Below, one piece after another: positions 50,965 to 64,000 of a stretch of DNA of 64,000 bases. Within the stretch, counting starts at the first letter, position 1. Each line of letters begins with the position of its first letter. The stretch lies in the NCBI RefSeq assembly GCF_009914755.1, contig NC_060933.1, one strand, 5' to 3'. The translations under genes and the position numbers were made by a program. Below the pieces are notes generated by a model. That model ran no database searches. It saw nothing but the letters and a program-made list of their open reading frames with translations, and had not been told where the DNA came from. The stretch comes from the human T2T-CHM13v2.0 reference genome, Homo sapiens.

Positions 50965-51120
50965 TCCTTTTCATTTTCTTTTCTTTCTAAAAATTTATCA
51001 GAGATGTGGACTCGTCATGTTGCCCAGGCTGGCCTCGAGCTCCTGGGCTCAAGCGACCCTCCTCCCTCGGGCCTCCTAAACTGCTAGGATTACAGGCTCG
51101 AGCCACCCAAAGCGCCTGGC
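50965..51120 (-). mobile_element. Alu monomer (FLAM-like)
   Basis: single antisense left arm. Confidence 0.8.
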
Positions 51121-53143
51121 CCCCAAGCTTCAGTCTGTTAGAGCTGGCTGGGGCTGAGGGCTCAGGAAACATTTGCAGATACTGTGCGGCTGCTAAGGGC
51201 TCTGTAGACTGTTGGGTGCTGGGCCTGGGTCCAATTGCACAATAACTGTGCCTGGGGTTAGGTTCTGATGAGAGGGAGGGAGAAGCAGCCACACGGACTG
51301 GGAAGCTTGGCTAGGAGCAGGAACTGGAGGAGTCTCCATTCCAAACTCCCTCTCCCTCCCAGACCCCTTAGGCCCAAGGCCTAGGGCGGGGAAGTTTGGG
51401 GGTGGGGGCGGGACCCTGTCCTGGCGGGGCCATCTGTGCACCATGCTGAGAAGTAATTCTGGTTCTGCTCTGTGGGGGTGGATCAAGTGAATGAATAGTG
51501 ACTCCTGCCTGCTGAGCGCCTGGCCGGTGCGGGGGCAGACACGTCGTGAGAGGGAAGGGGAGGCCCCACTCTCAGCACAGTCTCCATTCCTGAGTGCTTG
51601 GGAAGCAGGCCCAGGGCCGCAGGAGCCTTGGGGTGGAGCCAGGCCCAAAACAGCCTGCTGCACAAGCGCTTCCCCCTCCCAACCCGGGCCCATCTCATCT
51701 TTGGCCTGCTGGGAGGCCAGCCAGGTCAACCAGATGCCTCATCTGAGCACTGACTACACAGTCCCTGAAGTCAGTGGCTTGCCTGTGGGCACCAGGCACC
51801 CATGTGGAAAGAGGTAACTTCGCTGGAATTCAGAGTCTAAGGCTCTGATTTCTGATGTAGCTTTGGGCAAAGTTGATCTTCCAGGGCGTGGCTCCCTCCC
51901 CAGACTTGGGGTCGACCAGGCACCCATAGGCACTTTGATATGAGTGGAACGAATGAATGAATGTGCCCTTCGTCCATCACCAAAGACAAACCGAGCTCAG
52001 CTGAGTTAGAATGTCAGCGAGGGGTTGCAGGGGAATCTTCCACGGGGCAGTAGGCCTGAGCTATAGCACACAGGCTCTCCAGAGAAATAGTGGGCAGGTT
52101 GGCCATGACTCACTGGGGGGCTGGTTTTCTGGAAGGTGTGTAGAGTGAAGGGGAGATCTGAGGTCTCCTAGGAGCCAGGGAGTGGAAGGCCTAGTGCAGG
52201 GAAGAGCAAGTGGCCTGCAGTCAGGCTGGGTTTGAAGCCGCTAGCTTGTGACCTCGGCTGGCCGCTTAGCCTCTGCCTCCTCCTTTGTAAATAGGTGGTA
52301 ATGGCAGTCTCCACCTTGAGAGGATGCACCTGTGACTGTGAACATAGTAGCCGCTCTTGTTGTCATTCCAGCTCTGACGTTTTCAAGTAGCACGAGTTTT
52401 CCTTAGTGTCAAGTGAGCGCCCAGGCTGGCCTGTTTGCTGGAAGCTGGACAGATGGCTGTGGCTGGGGCCACAGAGAATGCCATCCCAATGAAAGCCAGG
52501 TGGCTCTGGTACCTTGACGCGAGGCCACCTTCCCTCCTCCCAGGTGTCTCTTCCGGGGAAGGAGGGCTGGAGGGCAGTGGGCATTTGCCAGGGAGCTGGA
52601 GAAACCTGCCGTGGCCCTTTCTGGGGGATGTGGTGGGGGTGGAGCTGGGACTAGGGGAGGCTGAATTCAGCCAGGATCTGCCTGCCAGGCGCAGCTCCCA
52701 GGAAGAAAGCCCAATGTCTGGGAGGGTCAGAACCCAGAGGGCTGTCAGGTTGTACAGATGAGGAAATTGAGGCTTAGCAAGCCAGGAACTTGGCTGAGGT
52801 CAGCCATAGCAGCGGTGCACAGAGCTTAGTGGGCACATACATGCTTGGTGCCCAGCTCTGGGCTCCTTCCCCCAGCATCTCACCCAATCCTTACAGTCGC
52901 CCTGTGGGGAGCAGGCTGTTTGCACCCCTATTTTGCAGCTGAGCAGTTATGCTAGAGAGCTGAAGCCACTCAAACCCATGTCTGGTGGACTTGACCTCTG
53001 TCCTGTGCCTGGAGTGAGCGCTCACTGGATTGCAGCTGTGGTTCCTTCTCTCCCTGTCACTTCCTCCCCCGACATCAAACCCTCAGTTTCATTTAGTTTT
53101 TGCCTCGGGCTGCAAATGCAGCTTAGGGACCTGCGGAGGCTGA

Positions 53144-54327
<1,184 letters not shown>

Positions 54328-54816
54328 GGATACAGCTCTGATGGGCAGGAGGCATGGCGGGTCACTGAGGCGATGCAGGTGATCCAGCTGTTTCTGTGGA
54401 GCTGCCCCTCCGTGTTTCTGTGGAGCTGCCTCTCTTGGCTCCAGGTGCCTCTGGGAGGAGGCAGGAGCAGGGGTGACTCTCAGAGCTGGGTGAATCTTGG
54501 GCCAGCATCATCAGATCACACTTGCCCAGGACTTCCCTTCCTTGAGTCTCCAGTGGTGGTCTTGTACCTATGAGCAGGGGGTTAAGGAGCCGAGCTGATC
54601 TGAGTTGGAGTCCTGGCTCTGCTGCCTACCAGTCAAACGAGATGCAGGGCAAGTTCCTCAGCCCAAGCCTCAGTTTTCCTGACTCTAAAATGAAGAGAAC
54701 CCCAGATGGAAGGGCTTAGCCTAAGACGGACATGTCTATTCCCTTGATTGTGGTGTTGATGTCACGGGCGCATCCGCACGCCGAAACTTGCTAAATTGGA
54801 CACAAAAAAATATGCG

Positions 54817-54918
54817 ATTATTTTTGTAGTTGATGAATGTGCTGATTGGGTATTCTCGTGTGTGTGTGAGGTGCCACCCTCAAACTTTGTTATGATGTTG
54901 GCACATTACCCATCTGAT
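54817..54918 (+). pseudogene. U13 (SNORD13-like) C/D snoRNA retrocopy
   Basis: Colinear with U13 as I recall it: ttttgtagtt..atga..gtg.tgattgggt...gtgccaccct...ggcacattaccc.tctga. Confidence 0.85.
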
Positions 54919-55235
54919 ATTTAAAAAATGCAATTTATGATATGTCAAGTAGACCTCAATAGAGCTGTTTTAAAACATACAACAGAATTTCCCGCAACCC
55001 AACCACACCACCCGCGCCATCACACGCAAACAGGGGTAGGCTTCCACACATTTCCTGAATGCCTTCTGGAGCAGGGGGCAGGAGGCAGGAGGCAGGACAG
55101 GTGGCTCTGGGGCTCCTGGACCTCCTCTGCTCAGTGAGGCTGCTCACAGGAGATTGGGCGGCTGGAAAGTAAGGTTTAGGGCCTCTGGGATGGCCCAGGC
55201 TACCTGCAGGCAGCTGAGTAGCTCTGCTTTTGCAG

Positions 55236-55297
55236 AGTGGTTCACTGCACTGTGAAAACAGATTCCAGACGCCGGGAACTCACGCCTCCAATCCCAG
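55236..55297 (+). other. ASS1: ASS1 exon 2, 62-nt cassette 5' UTR exon
   Basis: ctgcttttgcag| acceptor, CAG|gtactg donor; matches the ASS1 5' UTR as I recall it (alternatively spliced exon 2). Confidence 0.85.
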
Positions 55298-56777
55298 GTA
55301 CTGCCCACCTTAAGTCCTCCCTGCCTGCCTTCCTCCCTCCTTCCCTCCATCCTGCATGGCCAATTGCCTGGCTGCAGTTGCCATGGATACCACCTGCTGG
55401 CTCCAGGGTTAGGGCTGGCTGAGTCACCAGCAACTCAGGGGCAGGGGGTTGAATGCCCAGTAGGGACGTTGTGGGCACCGACCAGAACCATCTTCTCTGC
55501 CCCAGCTGCATGGTCCATGAGGTGTTTCCCCTTCTAAGTCCAAAGGGCAGCACAGGCCTGTGAGTCCCGGCTGACTGGCAGGTGGGACCGTGCAGCATGC
55601 ACGGGACTGAATTCTCATGTGACGGAGCTCCAAAGTCCACCTGGCTACACGGCCAGGCTCTGCAGCAGAGGACGGGAGGCCTGGGAAAGGCACTTCCTCT
55701 CCCCGAGCTTCCAGGCACACAGAGAGTGCTCAGGATAGCGATGCCTGCATCACTGCAATGGTGATGGCCGGGTGACCCTTCTGGGCTCCGCTTCCCCAGT
55801 AGTGTCTAATAAAGACCCTGGGTGACTCTGACCTTGTGACGTTGGTCAGACTCCAGTGGAAACGTTCCCAGGCAGAACAAACATGCCCTGTACATTTGGG
55901 AAATGCGGGATGCTGGGGCCAGGTGTCCACGGAGGCTGGAACCAGGAGGCCTGGGCCCACATCTGCCCCTGCTGCTTGTTGATCCGATGACCCTGGGCAG
56001 GTGACCTCGTCTCCCTAACCCTGGTTTCCTGTTCAGCAAATTGGACACAGTGAAGACGCCCAAGCCCAGGGCCACAGGAGGCATGTGGGGGAGGGGGGTG
56101 CAGGGCGAGCCCAAGGGCAGCCCAGGATTCAGGGAGAGCCCTCGGGGAAGAAGCATGGCTGCAAAGATCAGGAGACAGGAGGCCTTGGCGCCTTCGGGAG
56201 GCTTCATTGTGACGGAGGGTGGGGCAGGATGGGAGACCGCAGGCACTTCCCGGCTGCAGAGGGCCTGGCTCAGAGAGCCCTCGTGCCCATCTGTCCCCCC
56301 GGGAAGGGCCGCTGGTTGCAGAGGTCTTAGGCCTCTGCCTGTCTATCGCCTTCCCTCCCTGGGCCTCAGTTTCTCTACCTCCACACTGGGGGAAGTTGGT
56401 CTCTGAGCCCCTCCAAACTGGGCATTGGCAGAGTTGAATTCAGAGGCGCTCACATTTGGAGACACGATGTCTAAAATTCCAGCCAGTGAAGGTTCCATGG
56501 GGTTGCAGGTAGGAGAGGGACTGGGGCTGGGCCCCTGCCCCACAGCATCCTTCTCCACCTGCAGGTGGGCGGCGGCACTGCGTGCTGGGGAAGCACAGAT
56601 TCTTGTGCCCTCTGTGACCTTGAGCCTGCCACTGACCTCTCTGAGCCCTGCTGGCTGCCTCCCCAATAGGAATGACAACTCCTACTTCATGAGGTTGTAG
56701 TGGGGGCTCAGGGGCACAGGGAGATCCCGCTGAGGCTCCCAGGGCCCTGCCTGGTGCTTGGCAAGGAGCAGTTCTGA

Positions 56778-57449
<672 letters not shown>

Positions 57450-59240
57450 TAGGAAAATAGCTTCTCGTTGTACTGCCTCACTTTCTCCATCTGCAAATTG
57501 GCCATCCTTGAGATGCCTTCCAGAGCCAGGTGATGGAGGCGCGGGGAGGGCACAGAAGTGAACTTGGCAGTGCTGCTGGCTTAGCCTGCTTGCAGAGAGG
57601 CATGGGCTGGGACCTGCTGCCAGCCCTGGGAAGGCACACAGTCTTCCCATCTCCAGAGTATGCTGTCAGCCTGCAGTAATTCAGCAAAGATTGTGGAATC
57701 CTGAGCTGGAAGGACCCTGGGGGATCACCTGGTTCTGGGATGGGAAATAGGTCACAGGTGATGGGTTATGTGTGAAGCCACTTCCTCATCCAGGGCCCAT
57801 AGGAGTCATCCCTCTCAAACTAGCTCCTCTTCGACTGAACCTGGCCACAGCTCTGAGTCCTTCTCTGTGTGGCTGTGCTGTTCAGGACTCTTAGGTGCAA
57901 ATTTTAGAAACTCAACTCAAACCAACTTACGCAAAAAGGAAAGGGAAAAGACAATTCTTGGCTCACACAACTGAGAAGTCCAGGGGTAGGATGGCTTCAG
58001 GCAGGGCTGGATCCAGGTGCTTCTAAGATCTATCTCCAACTCTACTTGGCTTCATTCTTGGCCTCTCCACAGGGCAGGCAAGGCTCATGGTCACCCTCAT
58101 AGCCCACCTTTCCCAAAAAGGAGGGCTTACCCCCAGTAGGGCCCATGGGGACCCACCACGCATTAGTCCCTATGGCTGCATCATGGGGTGCGAGGCTTGG
58201 GCCATGAGCCTACTCCTTCAGTGGGCGGGATTTCTTCCTCTCCATCCCTGTGGAATGGGGTCCACCCAGGAAAGAAGGTTCTGTTTCCAGAGGAAGTGAG
58301 CCTGGGTCTCTGGACAGACAAAACTTAGCTCTTGCCAAAAGTGGCTTGTTTGCCGGCATATTGGCATGTCTAACTGCGCCCAATGCCCTTGTCATTCAGG
58401 TTGGGGAAAGTGAGGCCCAGGGGAAGAAATACTTTGCTCACAGTCACCTGGTGGGTGAGAGCACAGCTTTGAGGGGCTGCAAAGAGCCCAGGGTGTATCC
58501 ATCTCACTGTAGGTAGCACAGCGGGGCAATCAGAGCTGGAGCTGAGCGTATAGACCCCTGGGCTACCACCTGGGGGATTTAAAAGCTGAATGTGATTCAG
58601 ATAAGCACCTGCAGCTGGGCTTTGGCAAGATTCCAGGGTCTGGTGAGCCGAATGAAGGGAGTGAGGGCTGAGGCCAGGATCTGGGCAGCAGGCCAGAGTC
58701 CAGGCAGCAGGAAACATGGCAGTGTCTAGACAGGGGCTGTCAGACCCCGAGGTCAGGGCACTGGCCACAGGGACGGAGCTGGAAGTTCCTGAGCACGGGC
58801 TTCTCTGCCTCCCGCCTCTCAGCTGCCTCAGGATGGCCAAGGCATGGCCTTTGACTAGGGAGGAGAGCTGGAGGCTAGGAAGGCCCTGACAAGCTAATCT
58901 TTGCACTGGCTGAGAAAGAGTTTTCTGGAAAAGACAGATGAGTTTCAGGAGAACCCTAGACCTTCCAGCAATGACAGCAGATGGTTGTCTCCCAGCAGCC
59001 TGTGTGGCCAGGGCCAGGCTCAGCCAATGCTCCAACCCATGGAAGCCACCAGCCATCACCACGCTACAATCCAGCTCCCAATCTCACCTCCTGGAAGAAT
59101 CTCACCTCTCCAGGCCTTGGGCTTTGTCCTTTTTCCTTCTTACTGTGACTTGGCCATGGAATGGAAGCTGTCTCTGTAGCAGGGGGTGGGAGGCTGCTGC
59201 ATGCGGATGGTGTGAACTCAGGGCTCCCCCCAGGGGCTGA

Positions 59241-59378
<138 letters not shown>

Positions 59379-59649
59379 TGATGTGGAGGGCAGTGGTGGA
59401 TGCTCCTGCCCCAGGGATCCCATCCCTTCCAGTGTGTCTTCTTGCTTCTAAGAGTATGAGATCATCCTGCTCTCAGGTGTGTGAACCCTCTTGTTTTTCT
59501 GCCTCCCCCACGCCCTCTTCCACCCACCCACCTTCCCATCCAGGTGGAGTGTCTCTTCCCCACCCACATACCTTCCCTTCTCTTTTATCTCTCTGTCCAT
59601 CTATGCACCCACTCACCCTCTTTTATCTCTGTTTATCTACTCGTCCACA

Positions 59650-60460
59650 TATCCATCCATCATTCATCCCTCCATTAGCTATCCATCGATCCATCCATCC
59701 ATCCATTCAGCCATCCATCCATCCATCACCCACCCATCCATTCACCCATCATCCATCCATCCATCCATCCATCACCCACCCATCCATTCACCCATCATCC
59801 ATCCATCCATCCATTCATCCATTCATCCATCATCCATCCACCCATCCATCCATCACCCATCCACTCATCCACCCATCCATTATCCATCCATCCATTCATC
59901 CATCCATCCATCATCCATCTATCCATCTATCCATCCATCCTCCATCCATTCATCCATCATCCATCCATCCATTCACCCATCATCCATCCATCCATCATCC
60001 ATCCATTCATCCATCATCCATCCATCCATCCATTCACCCATCATCCATTCATCCAGCCATCATCCATCTATCCATCCATCATCCATTTATTCATCCATCA
60101 TCCATCCATCCATCCATCATTCTTCATCCTTCCATGCATCATCCATTCATCCATCCATCATCTACCCATGCATCCATCCATCATCCATCCGTCTATTCAT
60201 CCATCCATTCATCCATCCATCATCTATCCATCCATCCCATTATCCATTCACCCATCCATCCCTTCATTATCCATCCATCCATCCACATATCCATCTGTCA
60301 TTAATCCCTCCACTGTCTATCCATCCATTCATCCAGACAGCCAGCCATTCATCTATCCATCCCCCATCCATCCATCCATGCTTCATCCATTCACCGTTTT
60401 TCTATCCATCCATTCATCCATCCATCCATCTGTCATCCATCATCCATCCTTCTGTCCATC
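59650..60460. repeat. ~0.8-kb degenerate (CATC/CCAT)n simple repeat
   Basis: read directly. Confidence 0.97.
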
Positions 60461-61051
60461 ATCCCCCTACCTGTCCTTCCCTCTTTTATCTCTCTGTCTA
60501 CCCATTCTTCCATTCATTCAACAGAATCAGAGAACTCCAATTGAGTCTGGTGCCTTGATTGTGAATCTAGGCATGTGGCAGGCAGACCCCTGTCCCATAC
60601 AGGGCATTTATGATGAACAGTGTCATCAGGACCCCTGCTCACATGTGCTCACTCCCCATGGAGAAGCCCTTGCCACTTGTGCCCCTTCATTTGGGAGAGT
60701 GAGCAGGGGACATAGCAGGGATGATGTGCAAGGCCACCAGCCCACCTGCAGGGTCAGAGCTGATCCCCTCTGTGGGGTGCTTCTGCAGGGTTGCCAGGGT
60801 AATTAGCATGTTAAAATGAACACGGGAGGGAGTGGATGCCCCAGTCCCAAGTCACCTACTGGCCACAGGCCTGGAACTAGAATGTCCCTCCTTGGTTCTG
60901 TGCCTCCCGAGTGCTGGAGAGCAGAGGGGTTGTCTGAGCAGTAGTCCAGGAAGGGGAGAAAGAGCCCTGAGTGTTGAAGATTCGAGTGCGCTTTCAGCAG
61001 CGCAGGAGCAGGCTTTGTGCACGGCTTCAGCTTTTGTCCTTTATTCTAGAT

Positions 61052-63150
<2,099 letters not shown>

Positions 63151-63363
63151 TTAGCAATGTCTGCCATGAGTGCAGGAGGGAGAGTAACAGTGCAGTGTGC
63201 TGGGATTGATGAATGATGTCTACTACAGATGCAGAAGAAGAAGCACCAGGTACAGCGGGGGTGGCCCCGTATAGGTCTCAGCTAGCTGAGGCCCCTGGGG
63301 CTCTGTATGCCAGATGGCCCCTGTCCTTGCCTACTTCTTCCTTCTGGGCTCCTCTTCCCGTAG

Positions 63364-63696
<333 letters not shown>

Positions 63697-64000
63697 TGAG
63701 AGGGGTAACAGCTCGCCCCTGCGCTCTGTGCACTGTGGCACCTGAACGCCCATTCTGAGTCCTCACCTCCACCTTCTGCTGTGGGAGCGATGTCACCCCA
63801 TTTGGCAGACTTGCTGCTGAGGCCTGGGGACATTGTCCAAGGTCGCATTGGCCAAGGTCACTGCGTGAGTCCCCCAGGGGACACGCAGGAAAGTGTTGAA
63901 AACCCTGAGTTGGCAGAGTAGGGTTCAAAGGCAGCTCTGCTGCTGGCTTGCCGTGTGTCCTCAGCCAGGGCCCTTCTCCCCTTCCTGAACCTCAGTTTCT

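Noticed and set aside
54728-55888. p53 half-sites GGACATGTCT (54728-54737) and AAACATGCCC (55879-55888) near ASS1 exon 2
   Set aside because: Neither has an adjacent matching half-site that I can see, so a response element cannot be called from sequence alone.

Overview
Human (primate) genomic DNA rich in Alu, L1, MIR, LTR and DNA-transposon relics, carrying two tandem + strand genes. (1) The 3' end of HMCN2 (hemicentin-2): 28 coding exons from 191 to the TAA at 38670 that I could splice into one continuous frame. They encode nine Ig-like domains, a nidogen G2F domain, calcium-binding EGF repeats and a fibulin-type C-terminus, and one intron appears to be GC-AG. (2) About 11 kb downstream, the 5' part of ASS1 (argininosuccinate synthase 1): a CpG-island promoter with GC boxes, E-box and TATA, exon 1, a 62-nt cassette exon 2 and the first three coding exons. 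A 7SL retrocopy, a U13 snoRNA retrocopy, a THE1 solo LTR with a perfect TSD and several tandem repeats are also present. The most interesting signal is that the 62-nt ASS1 exon 2 acts as a reading-frame switch. An upstream ATG (49924) gives a 48-aa out-of-frame overlapping uORF when exon 2 is skipped, but a stop-free 40-aa in-frame N-terminal extension of ASS1 when it is included. The same exon would also put an HMCN2 penultimate-exon read-through in frame with ASS1. Other leads are an 84-bp duplication of an HMCN2 exon end whose second donor is knocked out, and a repeat-derived, frame-consistent alternative 5' exon chain inside an HMCN2 intron. These are sequence-level inferences and none is shown to be expressed. 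Repeat boundaries and family names are by eye and approximate. Most ORFs in the supplied track are spurious.
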